DNA of 64,000 nucleotides. Source: Clostridia bacterium. GTDB lineage: Bacteria > Bacillota > Clostridia > Oscillospirales > CAG-272. The notes beneath the pieces are model-generated. The model saw only the letters and a program-made list of their open reading frames with translations. It was not told where the DNA came from and searched no databases. This document shows, piece by piece, positions 28,058-36,212 of this stretch. The position numbers were made by a program, and so were the translations under genes. Each line of letters starts with the position of its first letter. Positions within the stretch are counted from its first letter, which is position 1. Where the stretch lies: assembly GCA_029007295.1 (NCBI GenBank), contig JAQXHN010000018.1:39006-103005 (forward strand), given 5' to 3'.

Positions 28058-28318
28058 ATGGAGATAAATCAAGATTTGCTAGGAAAGATATCGTCGTTAA
28101 ACGATGACGAGCTTGCAAACGCCGTGAAAACAGTAGGTCAGATGCTCGGAGTAAATCCGAACACGGCAAAAAAATTTTCAAGCAATCCTAAAGCAATAAG
28201 AAAAAAGCTGAACGAAATTTCCGAAAAAGACATAGAGAAAATAAAAAAATCTGTGGGTGAAAATGAAATAGCGAATATTATTTCCGCACTCGGTTTGTCG
28301 GATAAGGGCGGTGAATAA
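28058..28318 (+). CDS. Small hydrophilic protein (hypothetical)
   Basis: 86 aa. RBS agagagg. First of three consecutive co-oriented small ORFs with tight spacing and overlaps. Confidence 0.35.
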   Translation: MEINQDLLGKISSLNDDELANAVKTVGQMLGVNPNTAKKFSSNPKAIRKKLNEISEKDIEKIKKSVGENEIANIISALGLSDKGGE

Positions 28319-28643
28319 TACGGAACAGGGCGATTTTTCCTCAATTCTCACTTCCCTTATGTCGAATCCGGAAATGCTGTCAAAAATTAAAGACGCTGTA
28401 TCCGGACTTGATTTGGGCATGAACAAAACAGATAAAGCGCACGAAAAAGACAGACCTATCGAAACAACGGCAAACGAATGTCCGTGCGATAACAAAGGCC
28501 GCTCCGACAACGCTTCAAAAAACAGAAGAAGACTGATTGAAGCGTTAGAACCGTACTTATCAAAAGAAAGATTTGAAAGCGCAAAGCGTCTTTTGCTTAT
28601 TTGCGATTTTATCGATGCGGGCGAATGCCTGAAGGGTAGGTAA
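28311..28643 (+). CDS. Small protein (hypothetical)
   Basis: 110 aa. Its N-terminus is similar to the preceding ORF (ISSLNDDELANAV vs ILTSLMSNPEMLSKIKDAVS). Contains CPCD and CDFIDAGEC. Confidence 0.35.
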   Translation: MNNTEQGDFSSILTSLMSNPEMLSKIKDAVSGLDLGMNKTDKAHEKDRPIETTANECPCDNKGRSDNASKNRRRLIEALEPYLSKERFESAKRLLLICDFIDAGECLKGR

Positions 28644-28646
28644 TAT

Positions 28647-28895
28647 ATGTATACCGGACAGTATAACACCTCAAAAAGCTTCATTCCTCCGTCCTACAGA
28701 GGAAATGCATTCACAAGCGTTCCCGATTACCGCAAATACGACAAGGAAGCCGAATGCAATAAAACGATTTTAACCGACAAGTTCGGCAAACAGGAGCTTT
28801 TGCTCTGCACTCTGATTGTGATACTCGCAGAATCCGGCGCAGATGAGCTTACCGTTATCATGCTTTGCATAATTTTCGCAGTCGGTCTAAAATAA
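28647..28895 (+). CDS. Small protein with C-terminal hydrophobic helix (hypothetical)
   Basis: 82 aa. A 3-nt gap from the preceding ORF. C-terminal LLLCTLIVILAESGADELTVIMLCIIFAVGL. Confidence 0.3.
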   Translation: MYTGQYNTSKSFIPPSYRGNAFTSVPDYRKYDKEAECNKTILTDKFGKQELLLCTLIVILAESGADELTVIMLCIIFAVGLK

Positions 28896-29031
28896 ATTAT
28901 ACATCGGCGGAGCGTTATTGTCAACAAGCCTTGTATTAGCCCGAATATTCGACTTCGGAGCGAAAAATGCGTTCGCGCCGGCGAAAGCAAAAAAAGACTG
29001 TTGTGTTAAAAAAATAGAGACTGCCGAAGTA

Positions 29032-29065
29032 CGGCGGGCCAAAACGCCCGCCGTTTCGCTTATTT
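29032..29065 (+). terminator. Rho-independent terminator after the small-ORF triad
   Basis: Stem cggcgggc/gcccgccg followed by tttcgcttattt. Confidence 0.55.
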
Positions 29066-29116
29066 ACCCGGCTGTTTGGCTGACAGGAAAATAATTATAA
29101 TTTTTTCAATATTTTA

Positions 29117-29145
29117 TTTACATTTGCAAGTTGTTGTGGTATAAT
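29117..29145 (+). promoter_or_regulatory. Sigma-A promoter of the CBM9-like gene
   Basis: TTTACA (29117-29122), 17-nt spacer, extended -10 TGgTATAAT (29137-29145). RBS AAGGAGA follows before the ATG at 29187. Confidence 0.55.
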
Positions 29146-29186
29146 ATTCCGAGTAACAACCAATCTTATTTTAAGGAGATAGAAAA

Positions 29187-30155
29187 ATGAAAAAGGTGCT
29201 TTCATTTGTTTTGCTTTCTTTGATAATTTCATCCTGCTTTGCGCTCTGTTCTTTTGCGGAACAAAAGCACTCAAATCTTCCCAAGGCAACCGAGGCTCCG
29301 GTTCTCGACGGAAGAATCGGCGACGGAGAATGGGACGAAGCGCTGACCGTTAATATGAACAAGGAAGACGATTCACTCTTTGTTGCGGCAGGTACGAAGG
29401 ATACCTTTAACGGCGCACAGGTTAAATTCCTTTGGAACGAAAAAGGAATCTACTTCATGGCAGACGTCAAGGATAACACGGCTCCCATGACTCCTCCCCA
29501 AAGCGATACGGGAAACTATAACAGCGGAGACGGCGTTCAGTTTAATATTTACACAAAGGCCGATTCCGTAGGGCAGGACGCAGGAACGCTTCTGTTCTTC
29601 TCCTATAATCCCAAAACGGCAGAAGGAAAAGCCTGTGTGGGCGAACACTTTGTCTACGGCAACGGCGTTCAGGGCGGAGCTGTTGAAGGAGCCGTTATTG
29701 AAGCCGACGTCAAGGATGACGGCTACGTAATTGAAGGTCTTATTCCCGCACAAGCCTTTGCGAAGGTTTATCCTCCGCTTGCGTTGAATGCCGGAATTAA
29801 AATTTATATGAATACCGTAATAATGGAAATGGACGATAAGGGCAATCAAAGCTTAATCGCAGACAACGAGTGGTTCGATGCGTCAAAAGCAACCGAGTAT
29901 GTTCTGTCTGCCGCTCCGAAGGCAGATACCGAAAAAGCCGCCGATACAGAAGAAGCAGGGGCAAACAAGGAAGTAAAGGATACAACCGAACAGGATACAA
30001 AGGGCTCAGACTCCGTCGCCCAGGAAACAAAGGATGCGGCTTCCGGAAAAACAGAAAAAGCTTCTTCAAACATATTGATTTACATTCTTATCGCATTTGC
30101 GGTTGTTATTGCCGCAGCTGCAGGCGTTGTTGTTGCAAAGAAGAAAAGCAAATAA
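29187..30155 (+). CDS. Secreted CBM9-like / DOMON-like carbohydrate-binding protein with C-terminal TM anchor
   Basis: Signal peptide. APVLDGRIGDGEWDEALTV...AQVKFLWNEKGIYFMADVKDNT resembles the CBM family 9-like fold. Followed by an E/K/T-rich linker and C-terminal ILIYILIAFAVVIAAAAGVVVAKKKSK. Confidence 0.55.
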   Translation: MKKVLSFVLLSLIISSCFALCSFAEQKHSNLPKATEAPVLDGRIGDGEWDEALTVNMNKEDDSLFVAAGTKDTFNGAQVKFLWNEKGIYFMADVKDNTAPMTPPQSDTGNYNSGDGVQFNIYTKADSVGQDAGTLLFFSYNPKTAEGKACVGEHFVYGNGVQGGAVEGAVIEADVKDDGYVIEGLIPAQAFAKVYPPLALNAGIKIYMNTVIMEMDDKGNQSLIADNEWFDASKATEYVLSAAPKADTEKAADTEEAGANKEVKDTTEQDTKGSDSVAQETKDAASGKTEKASSNILIYILIAFAVVIAAAAGVVVAKKKSK

Positions 30156-30186
30156 ACCGAGTTGAATACTTCAATTTAACCGAATC

Positions 30187-30236
30187 AGTGTTATTATAAC
30201 GAAACGCTCGTTTCGTCATAATAACACTTTTTTTGG
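30187..30236 (+). terminator. Strong rho-independent terminator
   Basis: 19-bp stem gtgttattataacgaaacg/cgtttcgtcataataacac (one mismatch) followed by ttttttt. Confidence 0.8.
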
Positions 30237-30335
30237 GGAAGAATGCATTTGAAAGCGCATTGCAAAAAAAATCAGCACATCAAAACAAAAATGCAAAAAC
30301 CGCACAACAAAATTTAAAAAAACGGAATAAAATCA

Positions 30336-30364
30336 TTGACAACAGAGTAAAATTGTGATATAAT
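30336..30364 (+). promoter_or_regulatory. Sigma-A promoter for the tRNA-Leu/tRNA-fMet unit
   Basis: TTGACA (30336-30341), 17-nt spacer, extended -10 TGaTATAAT (30356-30364). The tRNA starts 14 nt downstream. Confidence 0.65.
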
Positions 30365-30377
30365 GTTACAACAGTTC

Positions 30378-30466
30378 GCCGGAGTGGCGGAATTGGCAGA
30401 CGCCCGGGACTTAAAATCCCGTGGGATTAGTTTCCCGTACCGGTTCAAGCCCGGTCTCCGGCACCA
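30378..30466 (+). tRNA. tRNA-Leu (anticodon TAA)
   Basis: GCCGGAGTGGCGGAATTGGCAGACGCCCGGGACTTAAAATCCCGTGGGATTAGTTTCCCGTACCGGTTCAAGCCCGGTCTCCGGCACCA. Long variable arm, anticodon loop CTTAAAA, encoded CCA. Confidence 0.9.
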
Positions 30467-30615
30467 ATCCCAAACTATATGTCGTCGGCAAGCGATAATT
30501 TATGCTGTAGCTGTTCAGTCAGCTCAGCAGGAATTATTTTATGTGATTTTAAAGCTGATATATAATATTAATAAGCAGAGTATTCATTTTGCTTGCTTTC
30601 GTTCAAATTAAATAT

Positions 30616-30690
<75 letters not shown>

Positions 30691-30696
30691 AAAACT

Positions 30697-30738
30697 TCCG
30701 CAAGCCTTTGCTTTTAAGGGTTTGCGGTTTGTTTTTTT
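30697..30738 (+). terminator. Rho-independent terminator after the tRNAs
   Basis: ccgcaagcctttgcttttaagggtttgcgg hairpin followed by tttgttttttt. Confidence 0.6.
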
Positions 30739-30845
30739 AAAAATCTCCGTTTTCGGAGTGACAAACCAAAAAAATTTAATAAAATATTCCTGACAAGGCT
30801 TTTGCGTATCTGCCGCACGCCCTGCTCTTTTTTCAGACTCGGATC

Positions 30846-31142
30846 ACAACAGCTTATGAAAATACTTACTCCGCTTATTCCTTCACCGCAAAGAAGACCG
30901 ACGCCGACGGAAATTCTCTTGCAGGCGCAACCTTCTCTTTGACCGGAACAGGCAATTCCGATAATACGAACAATACGACCTCTTCGACAAAGCCCAACAA
31001 GCCTACCGAATTTAAGTCCCCTCAGACAGGAGACAGCAGTATGATGGCTTTATGGATTGCATTGCTGTTTGTTTCGGGAGCAGGCATAACCGTTGTCACA
31101 ATTTACAAGTTAAGAAAAAGCATTCTTCAAAATAATGCGTGA
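30846..31142 (+). pseudogene. 3' remnant of a sortase-anchored (SPQTG) Cna-B/pilin-like surface protein gene
   Basis: The in-frame read from an upstream stop gives ...ITTAYENTYSAYSFTAKKTDADGNSLAGATFSLTGTGNSDNTNNTTSSTKPNKPTEFKSPQTGDSSMMALWIALLFVSGAGITVVTIYKLRKS*. It has a Cna-B-like GATFSL block, a sorting motif, hydrophobic segment and basic tail, but no N-terminal gene body, start, signal peptide or promoter. Confidence 0.55.
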
Positions 31143-31294
31143 TTTATTTTATTTTTAAGGCGTAAAAGATAATCATGCTTCGGACTGTCTCTGTTAAGAA
31201 AACAACATCGTCCTATCGAAAGCATGTCTGATTTTCAAAAAAACACGGTACCGAAAGGCGCTTTGCCTTTTAGATATATCTAAGGAGAATCAAT

Positions 31295-32707
31295 ATGGGT
31301 CTTATTAAAGCAGGAATCGGTGCGCTCGGCGGAACCCTTGCCGATCAGTGGAAAGAATTTTTCTACTGCGAAGCCATGGATAAAGAGGTTATGGTAACCA
31401 AGGGTCAAAAGCGAGTTAGCGGCCGGTCCTCCAACACAAAAGGAAATGATAATATTATTTCCAACGGTTCAGGCATTGCGGTAGCAGACGGGCAGTGCAT
31501 GATCATCGTAGAGCAGGGCAAGATTGTAGAAGTGTGCGCCGAGCCGGGCGAATTCACCTACGACACCTCTACCGAGCCGAGTATTTTTTCCGGCAGTCTC
31601 GGCAAGGGAATTATCTCTACCTTTAAAACCGTCGGCAAGCGTTTTACATACGGCGGCGACACCGGAAAGGATCAGCGAGTATATTATTTCAACACAAAGG
31701 AGCTTATCGACAATAAATTCGGTACTCCGAATCCTATTCCCTTCCGCGTGGTGGATTCAAAAATCGGTTTGGACGCAGATGTGTCTATACGCTGTTCGGG
31801 CGTGTACTCATATAAGATTGCCGATCCGCTGCTGTTCTACACAAATGTGTGCGGAAATGTGGAGCGGGAATACACCCGCGACGAGTTGGACAGTCAGCTG
31901 AAGACTGAATTTATAAGCGCCCTTCAGCCTGCTTTCGGAAAGCTGTCCGATATGGAGCTTCGTCCGAATCAAATCGTATCCCACACCTCGGAGCTTGAGG
32001 ACGCCATGAACCAGGCTCTTTCCGCAAAATGGGGCGAGTTGAGAGGCTTAAAGGTCGTCAGCATTGCTCTGGGCTCTGTTACCCTGCCGGAAGAGGACGC
32101 CGAAATGATCAAGCAGCTTCAGCGTACTGCTGTTATGCGTGATCCTACCATGGCAGGCGCAACTCTTGTGGGAGCGCAGGCAGACGCTATGAGAGCGGCC
32201 GCTTCAAACGAATCGGGCGCAATGACCGGCTTTATGGGAATGGGCATGGCCATGAACGCAGGCGGAGCCATGAACGCCCAGAACCTGTTTGCAATGGGTC
32301 AGCAACATCAACAGCAACAGGCGGAGCCACCGAAGTACGCTAACGACATGGAACGCTGGAAATGCTCCTGCGGTGCTGAAGCCAGCGGAAAATTCTGCCC
32401 TGAGTGCGGCGCAAAGAAGCCGGAACCGACGCTTTCCGGCGCATGGAAATGTAAGTGCGGAGCCACGGCGACCGGAAAGTTCTGTCCGGAATGCGGTTCC
32501 CCTAAGATGGCGGATACGGACAGTTGGAGCTGTTCCTGCGGTGCACAGAACAAGGGCAAGTTCTGTCAGAACTGCGGTTCAAAAAAGCCTGCGGGCGTAC
32601 CGCAATACCGCTGTGACAAATGTGGTTGGGAGCCGGAAAAGGGCTCGACTCCTCCTAAATTCTGTCCTGAATGCGGCGACCCTTTTGATGACGGCGACAT
32701 TGTCTGA
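31295..32707 (+). CDS. SPFH/band-7 domain protein (COG4260-type, YdjI-like) with four C-terminal zinc ribbons
   Basis: MGLIKAGIGALGGTLADQWKEFFYCEA... is the characteristic N-terminus of COG4260 SPFH proteins ('virion core protein-like'). The C-terminus has 3x W(K/S)C(S/K)CGAxxxGKFC(P/Q)(E/N)CG plus YRCDKCGW...FCPECG. RBS AAGGAGA. Confidence 0.7.
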   Translation: MGLIKAGIGALGGTLADQWKEFFYCEAMDKEVMVTKGQKRVSGRSSNTKGNDNIISNGSGIAVADGQCMIIVEQGKIVEVCAEPGEFTYDTSTEPSIFSGSLGKGIISTFKTVGKRFTYGGDTGKDQRVYYFNTKELIDNKFGTPNPIPFRVVDSKIGLDADVSIRCSGVYSYKIADPLLFYTNVCGNVEREYTRDELDSQLKTEFISALQPAFGKLSDMELRPNQIVSHTSELEDAMNQALSAKWGELRGLKVVSIALGSVTLPEEDAEMIKQLQRTAVMRDPTMAGATLVGAQADAMRAAASNESGAMTGFMGMGMAMNAGGAMNAQNLFAMGQQHQQQQAEPPKYANDMERWKCSCGAEASGKFCPECGAKKPEPTLSGAWKCKCGATATGKFCPECGSPKMADTDSWSCSCGAQNKGKFCQNCGSKKPAGVPQYRCDKCGWEPEKGSTPPKFCPECGDPFDDGDIV

Positions 32708-32763
32708 AACAGTTGCCTCTTAAGTTCATTCCGGCTTTTTCAAGAAAGGAGCATCTGTTGACA

Positions 32764-33243
32764 ATGAAAAAAGTAATGTTGATTGTTTTATCCCTGATAT
32801 TCGTTTTATCTTTTGCCGCCTGCGGCGAAACCGGCGGAACACAGGATAAAGCAGATACATCAAATAAGACAAAAGCCGTAACGGGGGAGGTTATCAAGGC
32901 AGAGCTTCCTTCGGGTTGGTGCCTTGTTACCAGTACAGAAATGACCGGAACCTCCGGTGCGGATTTTATTTGCCATTCGGAGAAATACGAGTTTGGGGAC
33001 GCCTATCTTCAAGTTATACCGGACAGCAGAAATGTTGAGACGATCAAAGAAATACTCGTCTCCACCGACCCGTACGGCGAATATTACGGTCAGGTCGAGC
33101 TGGCAAACGGCACATGGTACACCGCCGAAAATGCGGCAACAGCCTTTATCGGCGAAGAAACTCTGATAGTTAAGGGCTATGAAATTGACTTTGGCTCAGA
33201 AGAGGTGCTTTCCATTTTGGGAAGCCTCCAATTGGCGGAGTAA
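32764..33243 (+). CDS. Lipoprotein (hypothetical)
   Basis: MKKVMLIVLSLIFVLSFAACGE has a lipobox Cys. 159 aa. Confidence 0.5.
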   Translation: MKKVMLIVLSLIFVLSFAACGETGGTQDKADTSNKTKAVTGEVIKAELPSGWCLVTSTEMTGTSGADFICHSEKYEFGDAYLQVIPDSRNVETIKEILVSTDPYGEYYGQVELANGTWYTAENAATAFIGEETLIVKGYEIDFGSEEVLSILGSLQLAE

Positions 33244-33298
33244 AACACATTCGCATTTTTAACAAATACTTTTATTCACATAAGAAAGGAAAACAACT

Positions 33299-33640
33299 AT
33301 GAAAAAGATTCTTTCAGCAATTTTATGCTTTGTTATGATTTTCTCCTTTGCGGCATGCGGAGGAAGCAAGGACGCACTTGAGGGTACATGGACTCAGCAG
33401 CACGACGATTACGGCACCGTAACGTGGGAATTTGACGGAAGCGGAAAGTGCACGCTGGACACAGACTTTTTAGATAAGGCTCCGGGAACCTACACGATCA
33501 ACGACGAGTCCAAGGTTACCATTAAGCTTGACGTATGGGATGATGAAAAGGTATACGAATACACAGTTTCCGACGGCAATCTTAAGCTTACTGCGACCGA
33601 CGAGCTGTCTCCCAGCTACGAGGAGCTGACAAAGAAATAA
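33299..33640 (+). CDS. Lipocalin-like lipoprotein (hypothetical), paralogous signal peptide to the preceding gene
   Basis: MKKILSAILCFVMIFSFAACGG lipobox. LEGTWTQQ...GTYTINDESKVTIK is typical of a small lipocalin-like domain. RBS aaggaaa. Confidence 0.5.
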   Translation: MKKILSAILCFVMIFSFAACGGSKDALEGTWTQQHDDYGTVTWEFDGSGKCTLDTDFLDKAPGTYTINDESKVTIKLDVWDDEKVYEYTVSDGNLKLTATDELSPSYEELTKK

Positions 33641-33934
33641 TAATCGTTATTTAAAAAGCCGGACACGGAATTTGAATTGCTTTCTTAGGCAATTCACGTG
33701 TTAAACGTAAAAGCCCTGCGGACAGCAGACCAGAATGAGTTTTCCTCATATCCGGCAAATTCCGCAGGTCTTTTGTGTATCATTTGTATATTTGGAGAAA
33801 AAGAATAATTTTTTAACCCGTAAACAACGGCAAGCCTTTGTGCGTTATGCCGTGAATTTTTACGAAATACGAAAACGGGTATAAGAATTTTTCAGCCTTG
33901 CCGAAAAAACCGATAAACATAAGGAGACAATGTA

Positions 33935-35020
33935 ATGGCAGTATTGCAAGAATATAAATGTCCGTGCTGCGGCGGCGCCATTGCCTTTGACAGCGCAATA
34001 CAAAAAATGAAATGTCCGTATTGCGATACGGAATTCGAGATGGAAACTCTCAAAAACTATGACAGCGAGCTTAAAAACGACCTAAAGGAGGATATGCGCT
34101 GGGAAAGTGCGGCAGGTGCCGATTGGCGGGAAGGAGAAGCGGAGGGCCTGCGTTCCTATGTCTGCAAATCCTGCGGCGGAGAAATTGTAGGCGACGAAAA
34201 TACGGCTGCCGCCTCCTGCCCTTTTTGCGGAAATCCCGTGGTGATGATGGGACAGTTCTCCGGTGCTTTAAAGCCCGATTATGTGATTCCCTTCAAGCTG
34301 GATAAAAAGGCGGCGAAGGAAGCGCTGATAAAACATTATTCAGGCAAGAGACTTCTTCCGAAGGTATTTAAGGACGAGAACCATATTGACGAGGTTAAGG
34401 GTATATACGTCCCGTTCTGGATTTTTGACGCAGACGCAGAAGCCAATATCCGATATAAAGCGACACGTGTGCGTGCGTGGAGCGACAGCACCTACAATTA
34501 TACCGAAACCAGCTTTTTCTCGGTTTTCAGAGGAGGAAATATCGCTTTTGAGCATGTGCCCGTAGACGGCTCCGAAAAAATGCCGGACGACCTCATGGAA
34601 TCCATCGAGCCTTTTGATTTCTCGGAAGCTGTGGACTTTCAGACCGCATATCTTGCGGGCTATTTTGCGGACAAATACGATGTTGACGCCGAACAGAGCA
34701 TTATCCGAGCAAACGAAAGAATCAAAACGAGCACGGCAAACGCTTTTGCAAATACTGTACAGGGCTATGCTTCGGTTACCCCGGAAACGACCGGCATTCG
34801 CCTTATTAACGGGCAAACAAAATATGCGCTTTATCCTGTATGGCTTCTTAACACAACGTGGAACGGTAAAAAATACACCTTTGCCATGAACGGTCAGACC
34901 GGAAAGCTGGCGGGAGATCTGCCGCTTGACAAATCGGCATACAAAAAATGGTTATTCGGATTAACCGGCATTGCAAGCGCCGTTGCATTTGCGGCTTGCT
35001 ATCTGTTTTGGCTTCTGTAA
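33935..35020 (+). CDS. Double zinc-ribbon membrane protein (YdjG-like, hypothetical)
   Basis: Two CxxC pairs (KCPCCGG...CPYCDT and CKSCGG...CPFCGN), a ~250-aa central domain, and a C-terminal TM helix WLFGLTGIASAVAFAACYLFWLL. RBS AAGGAGA. Confidence 0.45.
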   Translation: MAVLQEYKCPCCGGAIAFDSAIQKMKCPYCDTEFEMETLKNYDSELKNDLKEDMRWESAAGADWREGEAEGLRSYVCKSCGGEIVGDENTAAASCPFCGNPVVMMGQFSGALKPDYVIPFKLDKKAAKEALIKHYSGKRLLPKVFKDENHIDEVKGIYVPFWIFDADAEANIRYKATRVRAWSDSTYNYTETSFFSVFRGGNIAFEHVPVDGSEKMPDDLMESIEPFDFSEAVDFQTAYLAGYFADKYDVDAEQSIIRANERIKTSTANAFANTVQGYASVTPETTGIRLINGQTKYALYPVWLLNTTWNGKKYTFAMNGQTGKLAGDLPLDKSAYKKWLFGLTGIASAVAFAACYLFWLL

Positions 35021-35034
35021 GGGAGGTGCGGACG

Positions 35035-35835
35035 ATGAAATTGATGAAAAAATTATTTTCGGTATTGTTTGCGCTGCTGCTTTGCACGATAGCCTTTATC
35101 CCTTCGTTTGCGGAAAGCGATTTGTCGCGCATAGCCGATTATGCAGATTTGCTGACTGAAAGCGAGGAAAGCACTCTTCTTTCCAAGCTGGACGAAATCA
35201 GCATAAGACAAGAGGCGGATATTGTTGTGGTAACAACATATTCCTTGGACGGAAAAACGCCCATGGAATACGCCGACGATTTTTATGATTACAACGGCTA
35301 CGGCTTCGGAGAAAACCGGGACGGCGTGCTGCTGCTTATCAGCATGGAAGACAGCGATTGGTGGATATCCACCTGCGGTTACGGTATTACAGCCGTAACG
35401 GACGCAGGAATCGAATATATCTCGGATAAATTCCTGTCAGACCTGAGCGACGGCGAATATGCAAAGGCTTTTTCAACTTATGCAGAGCTGTGTGACGAAT
35501 TTTTCACCCAGGCAAAAACCGGCAAGCCGTACGATGTCGGCAATATGCCAAAAGAGCCGTTTAAATTTGTGTCGCGCATAGCGGGCTCGTTGGTTTTCGG
35601 TTTTGCCGTGGCGTTATTTGTGACCGGTAGTATGAAACGCCGGCTGCAAAGCGTGCGCTTTCAGTCTTATGCAAACAGCTATGTAAAGGAAAACAGCATG
35701 AATGTAACGGAAAGCCGCGATTTGTTCCTCTACTCCCAGGTTACCCGCCATGAGAAGCCAAAGCAAACAAGCGGCTCCGATACGCACACTTCTTCTTCCG
35801 GCTCCACGCATGGCGGAGGCGGCGGAAAATTTTGA
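35035..35835 (+). CDS. TPM-domain protein (YgcG/YdjH-like) with signal peptide, TM helix and Gly-rich tail
   Basis: Start MKLMKKLFSVLFALLLCTIAFIPSFAES. TPM signature DYADLLTESEESTLLSKLDEISIRQEADIVVVTTYSL...NRDGVLLLISMEDSDWWISTCGYGI. TM FVSRIAGSLVFGFAVALFV. Ends ...GSTHGGGGGKF. Confidence 0.65.
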   Translation: MKLMKKLFSVLFALLLCTIAFIPSFAESDLSRIADYADLLTESEESTLLSKLDEISIRQEADIVVVTTYSLDGKTPMEYADDFYDYNGYGFGENRDGVLLLISMEDSDWWISTCGYGITAVTDAGIEYISDKFLSDLSDGEYAKAFSTYAELCDEFFTQAKTGKPYDVGNMPKEPFKFVSRIAGSLVFGFAVALFVTGSMKRRLQSVRFQSYANSYVKENSMNVTESRDLFLYSQVTRHEKPKQTSGSDTHTSSSGSTHGGGGGKF

Positions 35836-36212
35836 TTTGCCTGATTAAGAGAAGAAACTTAATATGAGTGAAATACAAAAAACAATAGCATATATTATCA
35901 GTACATAATAACAAAATCAAGTGTAACGGCGGGCTTTTCAGCCCGCCGTTACTGCCGTTATCCGAATAGGCTGTATTTCCTACCGAACAAGGCGACAAAA
36001 CAAATTATCATAATCAAGCGGTGTTTTTCTCAGTCCGGCTCAAATGCAAACCTTGTCCGCAATTCAACCCGTTCTCCTTGTCGGGACCCTCCTTCGTAAA
36101 GCTTGCATTTTTTTACCGCGGGAATAACAATTAACATATTATCACTTGAGATATTGCACCAAATAATGTATAATAAATTATTATCAGCAAATTTGTATTA
36201 CCGGAGGCTTAC

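Noticed and set aside
30467-30615. 146-nt spacer between tRNA-Leu and tRNA-fMet containing gtgattttaaagctgatatataat
   Set aside because: It could be an internal promoter for tRNA-fMet (-10 TATAAT present), but the -35 is poor. It is left as unannotated spacer.
36040-36075. Possible degenerate direct repeat of the tRNA-fMet 3' end (aaaccttgtccgcaattcaacc vs gaaccctgtctccgcaacca), which would delimit a 5.4-kb island from 30690
   Set aside because: Only ~16/21 identity with a gap, and no integrase or recombinase gene lies between. This is too weak to call an att site.
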